NCBI GenBank assembly: GCA_030390025.1
Contig: CM059425.1
Coordinates: forward strand, 177,260,001-177,324,000
Direction: 5' to 3'
DNA length: 64,000 bases
DNA from: Squalus acanthias
Taxonomy: Eukaryota
In this document: positions 50,225 through 61,868 of the stretch, in pieces
Layout of the letters: every line of letters starts with the position of its first letter
How positions within the stretch are numbered: position 1 is the stretch's first letter
Notes under the pieces: generated by a model
What the model saw: the letters and a program-made list of their open reading frames with translations, nothing else
What the model was told of the DNA's origin: nothing
Databases searched by the model: none
Program-made: the position numbers and the translations under genes

Positions 50225-51300
50225 ATGTCTCAACAGGGGAGAGAGCATGCACCTCCATTCTCCAATGCAGCACTGGAGGCCTTGGTGCAGGGGGTATACA
50301 GGAGGAGACGGGTCCTGTACCCGCAGGGGGGCAGGAGGCCTTCCAGGCACACCGTAAGAAGGCAGTGGGAGGAAATAGCAGAAGCCGTCTGTGCCACCTT
50401 GTGCCTTTCTCCTTTCAGATACCCAAGAACTGCCAGCAGCCCAATCTCTTCAACAAGAAGTAGGAGGAGGAGAGTGATGGATAAGTGGCACCGTCACTCG
50501 ATCTGACAATCCCAGGCACCAGCTCAGAAAATGACACTGCGCGTACTTTAGAGTATAGTATAGGTGTGTCACTGGGCACGAGTGGGCTGCAGCCAGGCCA
50601 GGGGGAAAGGATAGTGCAGGTGCCAGCTCCCCGGAGGGTGAGGTCGCTCACGAGTTCTGCAGCATGAGGACTTCGATGGAGCAGCCTTCAGAAGAAGGGT
50701 GATGGGTATGCACACAGAAATGCTTGGTGCAATGGCAGGCCTTCCAGAGAGCCTCTTGTCACTGTCAAGGAGCATGGAGGAGTCCAGCTCCAACATTGCA
50801 TGGAACTTTGCGCGGAGCTTGGAGCCCATGATTTCCAGGATGGAAGTGATGGGCAACACCATTATTGCATTTGTGGACCCAACCATGATGCTGGGTGTGA
50901 TGGGCAATGTCGCAGCTTTACTTGCAGCACAAGTGGAAGCGACCCAACGTCTGAGTGCTGCAGTGGAAGCTCAGACTTCTGCCACGCAGGCTCAGACTGC
51001 TGCCATCGTGGCTGGGTTTACGATTGTGGAAAGGGGCTTGCAGGGTCTCATCGCAGGCCAGTCTTCTGTGCTCCAACAGATGGCTAGGAATGCTGAGGCA
51101 CCACCCTGGGGGAGTGGCAGTGGCTCCGTGGAGCAAGAGCCTGCTGTCCTCTCTCAGGATGACAGCATTCATACTCCCATCCTTGCCACTCCACCAGTGC
51201 CATTGCAGTTGCCTGTCAACCAGCCAGCCCAGACTGCTGCTGCCCATGCCGAGGTGCTGCAGTCTACAGCTGGGCCTTCTAGGCCCAGAGCTGTTCGAGG
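50225..51300 (+). pseudogene. Harbinger Myb/SANT gene (exon 2 and the C-terminus deleted)
   Basis: MSQQGREHAPPFSNAALEALV..QWEEIAEAV, jump to the intron-2 acceptor CCTTTCAG (50418), then a coiled-coil exon 3. Confidence 0.85.
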
Positions 51301-51310
51301 ATCTGGGGTT

Positions 51311-51406
51311 TCAGTCAGTCTGATGATGCGCTCACGGACAGCGCATCCGGAACGGGGATTTGCTGGCTGCCTCCTCCCTTCCTCCCCCTCCTCTTCCTCC
51401 TCCTCT

Positions 51407-51468
<62 letters not shown>

Positions 51469-51535
51469 TTCCTCCTCCTCCTCTTCTTCCTCCTCCTCCT
51501 CTTCCTCCTCCTCCTCCTCTTCTTCCTTCTCCTCC

Positions 51536-51569
<34 letters not shown>

Positions 51570-52479
51570 TCTCTTCCTTTTCCACCTCCTCTTCCTCTCC
51601 CTGAGGTGGTTGCGGAACCTGTGGTGGAAAGGGCTGCGCCCTCATGATAGCCAAGTTGTGGAGGATGCAGCAGACCACCATGACCACCAGTACTGGAGAG
51701 CCAGGTGTATAGTGGATAGCCCTTGTCTCCGAGAAGCCACCCTCGGGCTCGACGTGGTGGTTAGAAGATTGCCGGCACAGCGGACTGGCACAGGATGAAG
51801 GCATCATGACTGCTGCTAGGATACTGGGAATTTATCATCATGATGTGCTGGGTGTGCTCGCACACTAACTGCACATTAAGTGAGCGGTAGCCTTTTCGGT
51901 TGCGGTATATCTCAGGATTGATATGCAGCACCCGCAAAGCCACATGTGTGCAGTCGATGGCGCCCCACACCATGGGGAAGCCTGATATCTTGGCAAAGCC
52001 ACATGTGCGCTCCTCCTGCTTCTCTCTGTTCAGATAGAAGACAATGAAGTCCCTTCTCCTGGAGTAAAGAGCTTCTGTGACCTCCCGGATGCAGCGATGG
52101 ATGGCGAACTGCGAGATTTTAGCTATGTCACCTGATCCAGTCTGGAAGGATCTGCTGGCGAAGAAATTCAGGGCCACGGTCACCTTGCGGGCCATGGCAG
52201 CACCGTCCTCACCCTGCTCTGAGGCTGCAGGTCTGGTTCCAGGAGGTGGCAGAGCACTGTGACCACCTCCTTGGTGAAGCGGAGCCTCCGAATACACTGC
52301 TCCTGGCTTAGGTGCAGGTAGGAGAAGTGCTCCCTCAAGACCCTAGGTGGCTAAGGCTTCCTGCTGATAGTCCACCTCCCCATCCTCCTCCTCCCTCTGC
52401 GAGCAGCTTGTCTTTGCTGCCTCTGCTCCATCTCGTTGTCATCCTGCAGCGCGAGCGGGACTGCGACTATAGACCCCAT
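51311..52479 (-). pseudogene. Harbinger DDE transposase with a very long poly-Glu tail, frameshifted
   Basis: KVTVALNFFA, GAIDCTHVAL, NRKGYRSLNVQLVC, SHDAFIL, CCILHNL; ATG at 52479. Confidence 0.92.
51375..51602. repeat. (TCC/TCT)n homopyrimidine tract encoding poly-Glu on the - strand
   Basis: About 230 bp of almost pure pyrimidines, in frame with the transposase. Confidence 0.95.
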
Positions 52480-53800
52480 GACTGGGAGCAAGTGGTGTAG
52501 TCAGAGGCCTTTCTTTAAGAGCCAACACCTTCCCAACGTCCAGCAGCACTCCCTGCACACTTTCCCAACAAAAGCAAAAAGCAACTTACCTCAACGTTGC
52601 ATTGTGTCCCTTTAAGTAGCGCTAGTGGGGAGTCCGTCATGCAGCTGAACGCACGTTCAGCCGGGCATGCTTAGGAGAGGGGGTACAGCGGAGCAGCGAT
52701 GTCCAAAATGGCAGATCATGCGTCAAATCAGTGTTACATGCTGATTGCCGCCACGATCTGCCTCATTTGAATTCTTCCGCCCCACGCAGGCAACAGCTGC
52801 ACTATCGCCCTTCCCAAGATGGCGACCACGCATTCCGCACCGGCAATCGGCGGAAGCGTGGCGAGCGCCATTTTTTTCTTCAAACCAGCATTAACAGCTG
52901 GCGCTAAGCATGGGAATTTCGCGGCCTAGAAGACAACAACCTCATTTACAGAATCTTTCACAGGGTCAACTTGCAACACAGTGAGATTGCCCTTGAAATT
53001 ACCTGCAGAAGATAGAGGGATACTTCACCCCAACAAGAGTTAAGATTTACGCTTTTGAGACAGCAAGAATCAGGAAGTTAATGCTGTGTGAATTGTTCCA
53101 CCTAGCTGCATGTTACATCCTTATGTTATCCATCCTTATGCATAGTTAACCAAGTAGATTGTAGTCTCAGCCAACATCTGACTGCTCAGTGTAAATTTTC
53201 TGATCGGGCATAAGTCTGGCCAGAAGTGAAGCGGCATATGAATCACACATGTTGACCCCACAAGTATTTCCAGGGCCAGTCTAATTTTAATAGCTCGATG
53301 TGTGGAAGAGGCCTGCTATTGGGAGCTCACCTGTTGGGCGGGAAATTTTGTGATGCTGCAGGATTTAAAGCCGCTCAGCAGTTTAAATGGGCAGGGATTG
53401 TGATTTTGGAATTTGCAAGTCAGAATACTTCTGTGAAAAATCAATGTCTGGAAGGAGTGAAGTAGCCCTGAGAGTGGCCCATTTTTCCAGTGGGAGCATA
53501 GAGATTCACTTTGGGGAAGTAAGGTAAAGGAAGGGATTTCTCTTTGGTAGTGAGAGCTGCAGGCCCACAAGAAAAGCAGCCCAGAAGGAATAGGAGGAAG
53601 TTGCTACCAATGTGAATGCCACCTGCACTTGACTGTGCATCTGAAAGTAGTGCAGCAAATGACCTTACCAGGTCAACCAAAGTAGAACTTCCATTAATGC
53701 AGTGTATTTCACTTATATGGCACTTACAGTTATCTCTTCCTCGTATTGCCTTAAAATACTGACTAGTAACACTGGACACCAAAGGACTCATATAGTCAAA

Positions 53801-54079
53801 AGCAAAATACTGCGGATGCTGGAAATCTGAAATAAAAACTGAAAATGCTGGAAATACTCAGCAGGTCAGGCAGAATCTGTGGAGAGAGAAACAGAGTTAA
53901 CGTTTCAGGTCGATGACCTTTCGTCAGAACTGGAAAATGTTACAGATGTAACAGATTTTAAGCAAGCACAGAGGCAGGGAAAGGGGGGAGGGGAGGAAAG
54001 AACAAAAGGGAAGGTCTGTGATAGGGTGGAAGGCAGGAGAGATTGAATGACAAAAGGGATGATGGTGCAAGGCAAAAGT
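53801..54079 (-). mobile_element. Short Penelope-type insertion
   Basis: Perfect 16-bp TSD GACTCATATAGTCAAA (53785-53800, 54080-54095); same family as 43948-46288; carries a hammerhead motif. Confidence 0.88.
53895..53931 (-). ncRNA. Minimal hammerhead ribozyme motif
   Basis: AGUU-CUGACGA-A-AGGUC(auc)GACCU-GAAA-CG-UU-AACU: intact core, 5-bp stem II, 4-bp stem I, palindromic AACGUU. Confidence 0.82.
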
Positions 54080-55569
54080 GACTCATATAGTCAAATGTTT
54101 GATGGCTTGACTTCTAACCACCTAAGCTAAGTAATCATTTCTACGAGACCGGGGATACCTTACCAAGAATACCCATGATGTTTCCGAATGCCCTATCCAT
54201 CTGCAGCATTCATCTGGAGGTCTTCCTTCACTCACATCCTTTATGCTTCATTCAAAATGAATCCTTCCCTCTAATGTAGCTGAATATTGCAAGCACATAT
54301 CATCCATACCTACCACTGGCTGCCTCCTGACACTTGGGTATTACTGCATGTCATCATGACAATCAGAATTTATCACTTCTTTTATACAGCTTATAACAAC
54401 TGTCACAGAACAGTTACAGAAGAAGGAGCTCTGACTTAGACCTCTATCCCACTGAAAGGAAGTCATCAAGGGTGCTGGAGATCAGAAAGTTGGACGTTTG
54501 GCACTAAGCTCAGGGGTTGTGATAATGTTCTACAGCTCTTCCTTCTTATCCTAATCTTTAGTTCAGTTACTGATGGCAAACATGAGCTTAAGCACTTTAC
54601 CATGCCATTCATTCTACTGCAAGCTGTAGGGCTGATTCCCCAGTGCTGTGCACACAACAGTGAAGAGGGAGTACAGACGGAGAGTGTAAGCCATGTGCCA
54701 ATTTCTTTCTGGTCTGCAATTACTCATTCTTCCATTTTTAGTAAATTGAAGTGCTTGTTCCCATTGCATGACGCTGATTAACGCCACAGACTTAATGTCA
54801 AAATACTTAAATGAACATCAACACAATTCAGTGGTATTTATGCCGGGTTTACTCTTTTTTCTTTGTGTGCCCCTTTGGAGTGGAAGCAAGGGAAGCTCGA
54901 AGAGTGTAGGAGCCTTTAATTAGCATTGGAAAGATTTTTTTTGGAATGTTTATAGTAACTTTTAAATGCAGTATTTTTATGAGACAAATTTTCCATATTT
55001 CTGATATTTTAATTAACTTATTAGACAAAATGTTTCTTAACATCCTGATGTTGCACATGGAGAGTCAAGGCTAAGGGATGAGTTAATTTCCTGCCCGGCA
55101 AAGACAGCAAGAGGCCACAGCAATTTAACTGCCATGCCTCATTCAAATGCCACTGCCCTTATTTTATATAATAATTTGATTTTATACTATTATTTATAGT
55201 TAAATAGCAAATTTTACAGAGTTGGCTTGAGCATATCAGTTTCTCCGAAGTACATAATGAGGAACTGGGAAGTGCAAAAAACAGCACCACCAATGGCAGA
55301 AGGGTATAGTTAGAGTGCGACAAGTTGATATAGATAGTGTTTATTATAAATATGGGCATAGGATTATAATGGCGAGAAGTTGGCACAGAAGTGTGTCAAA
55401 AATGTGAGATTTTGTAGTCAGGAAGTGCGTTCAGATTTAAGATTTTTTAATATGTTATAGATATCAATTTCTTGCCAAAAAGATCCAGTAGCCATTTTCC
55501 CACTCCTTAAGGTAGGTTGGTATTAAACCTTGCTGTCTTGTACTAGAGCTTGCTGAATGGCAGCCAGTA

Positions 55570-56265
55570 TTGGATTGTGCTCTATAGTCTCTTCAAGTTT
55601 CTCCTGTTACTCTTTACATGTTGCCAGATGTGCCTGAGCGCGGTTCTCCTCCATGATGCTGCCTTTTTGCAAGACAAAATTGTGCAGATTGCAGCACACT
55701 GCAACAAACCTTGAATCTTAACTAGATTGCAATGCAGGACTGCCCCAGATCCATCCAGGAACCTGAGGGACTGCTTTAACATGCAAATAGTGTGTTCAAT
55801 AATTACTTGGGTAGATGCCAGCACCTGAAATCAGCTGGTGTCCTGGGATTCTGCACAAGTGTCATGAGCCATGCTCCAGATGATAGCCTTTATCACCCAG
55901 GAGCTACCCGAAGAGTGGCCTGTGGGTCAAATATTAGACGGTGGCCTGTGTTAAAATGAAGGCATCATGATAACTACCTGGGAAGTAAGTCGAGCTGCAT
56001 AGTTTGATGCTGATGGTTGCAAATGAGAAGAACATTCAGAGAGTGGAATTCTTTCCTATCCATGTAGATAGTGTCATGTTAGAGAGCACATAGAGCCACA
56101 GCAGTGCAATCTATAACATCTATAGAATCCTGCCATTCTGTAAATTACATAGCCTTCTCCAATTTTTATTGACTGTCCATTGGGAAGCAGATGAAACTCC
56201 TTGCTCAAGTAAACAAGGCATCAGTCACTTACTTGACACATCTATGGACAGCTGATCGGTTTAGG
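55570..56265 (-). pseudogene. Old, heavily decayed Harbinger transposase
   Basis: LLGDKGY (about 55881-55904), IEHTICMLKQSLRFLDGSGAVL, and relics of the SHDAFI and IDC motifs. Confidence 0.75.
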
Positions 56266-56721
56266 TATGCAATTCAGCACAGGTAATGCGTGCAATGCAC
56301 AAAATGGCCAGCAATCTGGTGTGACGAATCTCTCATTTTCGAATCAGTAATGCCCACTTTACACCCATAAATTGGATGTTATCAATTATAAAATATACCC
56401 TCACTGCTCTACCACAAACTATCTAACCTACATGTAGCTACAGAATCTTTGCTTCTACAAGTGGCAATGTGTTCATTCTTGTCCATGGGGGAAGTTTTAA
56501 TTTCAGTGCAGTGAAGAGTTATGCACAGCAAGAGTACAGATCAGAAATTTGGGTGTGCTCTGATTATTATTACTAACGATGAAAATTTCTTCCTCTTAAG
56601 CCGTGCCCATTCCTTTCATACCCTGAATTTTCACTCTAGCTCCTTGGTTTCTTGTCCCACAGCTATCTTTCACATCCTACATATCTTGCTGACTATAACT
56701 CATTAATTGCTCTCATTTCAG

Positions 56722-57035
56722 TTTCCTGTCAACAAGGACTTGTTGCTTTGACCGAAGCAAGATGAGTAAATCAGTAATTATGAGAATCTGCAAAAAGAAG
56801 AGCGAGATATTGAACAAAAACTTGCAGAGTGAGAATGGTGCATGAATCACAGTCAATGCAAAGCAAAGCGAGAGTATGTCTGGTAGCAAGAAACTGAGGA
56901 TGAGGGTGATCGAGATGAAACTGAGGATGAGAGTGATCAAGATGAAACCGATAGCAAGAAACTGCATAATCAGCTAAAGAACAAATACATTATAAAACAA
57001 TTGGCATCCTACTGCCCTGTGGCACAGTGCCGAGA
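56722..57035 (+). pseudogene. Candidate decayed exon (coiled-coil/acidic, 4 in-frame stops)
   Basis: CTCTCATTTCAG acceptor and GA|GTAAGT donor; phase-0 frame FPVNKDLLL*PKQDE*ISNYENLQKEERDIEQKLAE*..W*QETEDEGDRDETEDESDQDETD.. Confidence 0.45.
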
Positions 57036-58946
57036 GTAAGTGTTCTGAAAAGAACTAGCAGCAGTCTGACAAGAAGAGAAGCTTTTTTTCAGTGATTGTC
57101 GCTGTTGGTGGTTTACATTCTTCTCACAAAGCCAGCCTTGTGGAGAAATCCTTTGAGGCATGATTTAGATTTTCTCCTGTCTAGTGTTGGGAAGTTTTTC
57201 AGCATTCACTTGGCACTGAATTATTGATAAGAGGATTATAAACTCCACAAGATTACATGGTTATGATAGAAAGTGTTTCTTGTAATCTTAGCATATGTCT
57301 GCCACAAAGCAAACAGTTTCCTGGGAATTAGCTCCTTTTGTATTTGGAATATAAACTATATGCTGGGTAATGTTGACATTTAGATTTTGGCAGAGGGAAA
57401 TTTGATCTATATAATTCAGTAAGGAGGAATATTTCCTTTGTTCGCTACCTGTAGCAAAATCATGAGCGTGTTCAAGAAGAACTTAGTTAGTGAGTCATTG
57501 TGAAATTGTAACTAACAGTAAAAAGCGTTTATGATTTTTCTACAAACAAACCTGGAAATCTTCTCTCCTCCCCCCTCCATTGCAAATTGTGGGAGGCACA
57601 TTGTCCACATTGGTGCAGATGAGTACTATTTCAGGGTGCAGTGTTCTTTACATAAGGATATAAGAAAGTGTGGACTGAGGAAAGGCCATTCAGCCCAACT
57701 AGACCAATCCTTTCACAGCTCATGTACGATCCACCTTATCATGGGATCTACTAGTCCACTTTATCTCCTGAGCTAATGGCTCTGCGAAGTTTCTCCCAGG
57801 CCACCAAAGATAAGTTAATGAAGTTCCAGACTATTACTGCAACATTACATCTTGCATTGTACACACTTGGCCAGCTGTGTTCATTGGCATGACATTCCTA
57901 TAGACCCTGTTCAGCAATCACCATGCTCCAAACAACATGTGATCATCTCTATCCATCATCGCTATCGTCTCTATTACTTCTGAGCCATTTCTTAGCCAGG
58001 AGGATTGAACTGTGTGAAAAAACACATTGGAGTACACCTTCCTCGTGGTGTTAACCAATATAAAAAGGTGCAAAGAATCTGTTTGTTTCTATAAAAATGC
58101 TTTTTTATTGACTTAAGGTGTTGCTCATAAAGTGCCGATCTGTAAATAATGAAAGGGAGAGTAAAAGAAATAAAAACTGTAAAGTGGAAATACACAACTC
58201 GTCAATCAGTATCAGTGAAGAGAAAAGACAGGTTACTGTTTTAAGTATCACCCTTCATCGGAGATGATAAAAGATCCTTATTTAGAGATTGGTCACTGCT
58301 TAATATCGCTGTAAGATCCCCCAAAACTCGGAGAAAAAAACCCTAAAGAAAAGGATTTTGGACTCTTTTCTAACCACTTCAGGGTGATAAAATGTATTGG
58401 GCCTAACAGAGGGAGATTCAAGGTCAAAAACCAAGATTTGGTATTTTAAAAGGCATGTTTGGGCTTGTAAAGGAAAAGGTTGCAACAGGAGTTAATCAAA
58501 CTGTCTGGGGAACTGTTTAACATCACTCAGCCCCTATCAGACAATTTACATTCTAACAATAGACCCACGGAACAGCAGTCCCCACCCAAATTACAGGACC
58601 CATCCAAAACATGCATAAAACAAATCACCTAGCCCCACTCCATAGAAATCTCAGGCCCAGTCAGGAAACTCGAAACCTGAGCACAATGACCACAATCAAG
58701 TAAGAGCTCAACAGCTCATGGAACCCTCCCGAAACCACTTCACACATTCATAAACAAGTTACTATTAACGAGCCCGCCAAAATCTTACAATAAACCGGGA
58801 CTGATTTGGCGCGCAGATTAGGAGGCCCCAATTAGTACAATTGAGGGCCTGTTTTCTCAAGAAGAAAAAATTCAATGGTTCAGCAGTTACACAGAAGTTC
58901 ACCAAGTTCTCTACAAGCTCTGCAGTTCTCAGGAGTTCATCGAGTT

Positions 58947-61868
58947 CATAGAAACATAGAAACATAGAAGATAGGAGCAGGAGTAGGCCATTCGGCCCCT
59001 CGAGCCTGCTCCGCCATTCGATGAGATCATGGCTGATCATCCAAACTCAGTACCCTGTACCTGCCGTCTCCCCATATCCCTTGATACCTTTAGCTTTAAG
59101 AAATATATCTAACTCATTCTTGAATATATTTAATGACTTGGCCTCAACTACCTTCTGTGGTAGAGAATTCCACAGGTTCACCACTCTCTGGGTGAAGAAA
59201 TACTTCCTCATTTCTGTCCTAAATGGCTTACCCCTTATCCTTAGATTATGACCCCTGGTTCTGGACTCTCCGACCATCGGGAACATTCTTCCTGCATCTA
59301 GTTTGTCCAGACCTGTCAGAATTTTATATGTTTCGATGAGATCCCCTCTCATTCTTCTATACTCCAGCGAGTATAAGCCCAATCGACCCAATCTCTTCTC
59401 ATATGTCATTCCTGCCATCCCAGGTATCAGCCTTGTGAATCTTCGCTGAACTCCTTCCATGGCAAGAACATCCTTCCTCAGATAAGGCGACCAAAACTGC
59501 ACACAGTACTCAAGGTGTGGTCTCACCAAGGCCCTGTACAACTGCAGCAGGACATCCCTGTTCCTATACTCAAACCCTTTCGCTATGAAGGCCAACATAC
59601 CATTTGCCTTCTTCACTGCCTGCTGCACCTGCATGCTTACCTTCAGCGACTGGTGCACAAGGACATCCAGGTCTCGTTGCACTTCCCCTTCTCCCAATCT
59701 ATTGCCATTCAGATAATAGTCTGCCTTTCTGTTTTTGACACCAAAGTGGATAACCTCGCATTTATCCACGTTATATTGCATCTGCCACGCTTCTGCCACT
59801 CACCCAACCTGTCCAAATCATCCTGGAGTTTCTCGGTATCCTCCTCGCAGCACACACTCCCACCCAGCTTTGTGTCATCTGCAAACTTGGAGATATTGGC
59901 CCAGAAGTTGGCCGAATACGGGAGAGTACGCACTGTGTACTCACCCGTATTCGGTCCCGAAGTGCTGGTTTCCTGCATGCACTGCGCATGCGCGGGAAAC
60001 TGGCACTTCCGATATTGCGAAGGGGGCGGTTCCTAAGTGAACCGCGTGCGCACTACAGGCTGTGCGCATGCATCACACTTAGGTTTTTTTTCAGGTTTCA
60101 ACACGAAGGTAAGTATGGAAGATTTTACACATGAAAAAATGAGGCGTAAGACCCCCTTTTAACAAGGTAAGTAGTTAATTAAGTATTATTTTAAATTTTT
60201 TTCAACAGGTTTATCTTTTTTAGAGACTTTAAAGAAAGGTAAGTTTATTTTTATAACTTTTAAAAAGAATTTAAATTTTTTCAAAAATTTAAATTTTTGT
60301 TTAAAGTGGTTAATTTATTTAACTATAGTTATTTTATTAATGTGATGGTTTTTTAAAAAAATTAATTGAGGTTTAGCTGTTCTTTTGGGGGCAAGTTGTA
60401 TTCATAGTTTTGACAGTTCTCCTGTCAAAACTGTGAATGAAAGATGGTGTGCTGCCATTGGCTCTAACTGGCCCACGTGATCCCAGAGGTCGCAATGAAC
60501 TAACTGCACCTCTGGGACACGCACACACTGCGCGCCGGCACCAGGGAGAGGCCCAGGAGCTGAAGTTCGTGTGGGCCTGAACCATAAAGGCAGGCGTGGT
60601 AGGTAAGATCGCGCACGATCCTTACCCCCGCAGCAACCATCGAAGTCTAATTTCTGGGCCATTACATTTAGTTCCCTTATCTAGATCATTAATGTATATT
60701 GTGAATAGCGGGGGTCCAAGGACCGATCCCTGCGGTACCCCACTAGTCACTGCTTGCCACTCGGAAAAAGACCCATTAATTCCTACTCTCTGCTTTCTGT
60801 CCGCCAACCAGTTCTCTATCCAAGTCAATACCGTGCCCCCAATCCCATGTGCCTTAACTTTACACGCTAATCTCTTATGCGGGACCTTATCAAAAGCCTT
60901 TTGAAAGTCCAAATACACCACATCTACTGGTTCTCCCTTATCTATTTTCCCAGTTATATCCTCAAAAAATTCCAGTAGATTAGTCAAGCACGATTTACCT
61001 TTTGTAAATCCATGTTGACTTTGTCCGATCCTGTCACTGTTTTTCAAGTGCTCAGCTATTACATCCTTTATAATGGACTCTAGCATTTTCCCAACTACCA
61101 ATGTCAGGCTTACCGGTCTGTAATTCCCCGCTTTCTCTCTACCACCCTTTTTGAATAGTGGGGTAACATTCGCTACCCTCCAATCCATGGGTACAGTTCC
61201 AGATTCCATCGAAAGTTGGAAGATGATCAGCAATGCATCTACTATTTCTAGGGCCACTTCCTTAAGTACCCTAGGATGTAGATTATCAGGCCCTGGGGAT
61301 TTATCGGCCTTCAATCCCGTCAATTTCCCTAACACCATTTCCCTGCAAATACTGATTTCTTTCAGTTCCTCCCTTTCATCAGACCGTATGTTCTCCAACA
61401 TCTCTGGGAGGTTATTTGTGTCCTCCTTTGTGAAGACAGAACCAAATATGCATTTCATTGGTCTGCCATTTCTTTGTTCCCCATTATAACTTCCCCTGCT
61501 TCTGACTGCAAGGGACCTACACTTGATTTCGCTAATCTTTTTCTCTTCACATATCTATAAAAGCTCTTACAGTCAGTTTTTATGTTCCCAGCAAGCTTAC
61601 TTTCATATTCTATTTTCCCCTTCTTAATTAATCCCTTTGTCCTCCTTTGTTGAATCCTAAACTGCTCCCAATCTTCAGGGTTACCGCTTTTTCTGGCCAA
61701 TGTATATGCCCTCTCCCTGGATCTTATGCTATCCCTAATTTTCCTCGTTAGCCACGGTTGAGTCACCCTTTTTGTTTTATTCTTATGCCACACTGGGATG
61801 AACAAATTCTGTAGTTCATCCATGCAGTCTTTGAATGTTTGCCATTGCCTATCCACCGTCAACCCTTT
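58947..61868 (-). mobile_element. 5'-truncated CR1 LINE, same subfamily as 16063-20790, split by a MITE
   Basis: RT ORFs 60622-61458 and 59047-59799; (CATAGAAA)n tail. Confidence 0.94.
59898..60660. mobile_element. PIF/Harbinger-type MITE (763 bp)
   Basis: TIR GGCCCAGAA(G/A)TT, perfect 3-bp TSD ATT (59895-59897, 60661-60663); removing it restores KGTKCNISKFADD. Confidence 0.92.

Larger units (their letters stand above)
49905..52926. mobile_element. PIF/Harbinger element with convergent Myb (+) and transposase (-) genes, internally deleted
   Basis: Termini GGGGGCTAAATTC / GAATTTCGCGGCC (TSD not conserved); both genes recognisable. Confidence 0.88.

Noticed and set aside
50699..51647. Poly-Ser and poly-Pro ORFs
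   Set aside because: Antisense readings of the transposase poly-Glu tract; the Myb frame runs into it only because of a deletion.
51311..52479. Domesticated HARBI1 gene
   Set aside because: Frameshifted, multi-copy within the window, and inside transposon termini.
56713..56967. 84-aa hydrophobic minus-strand ORF
   Set aside because: Antisense of the purine-rich acidic exon candidate; the splice signals favour the + strand.
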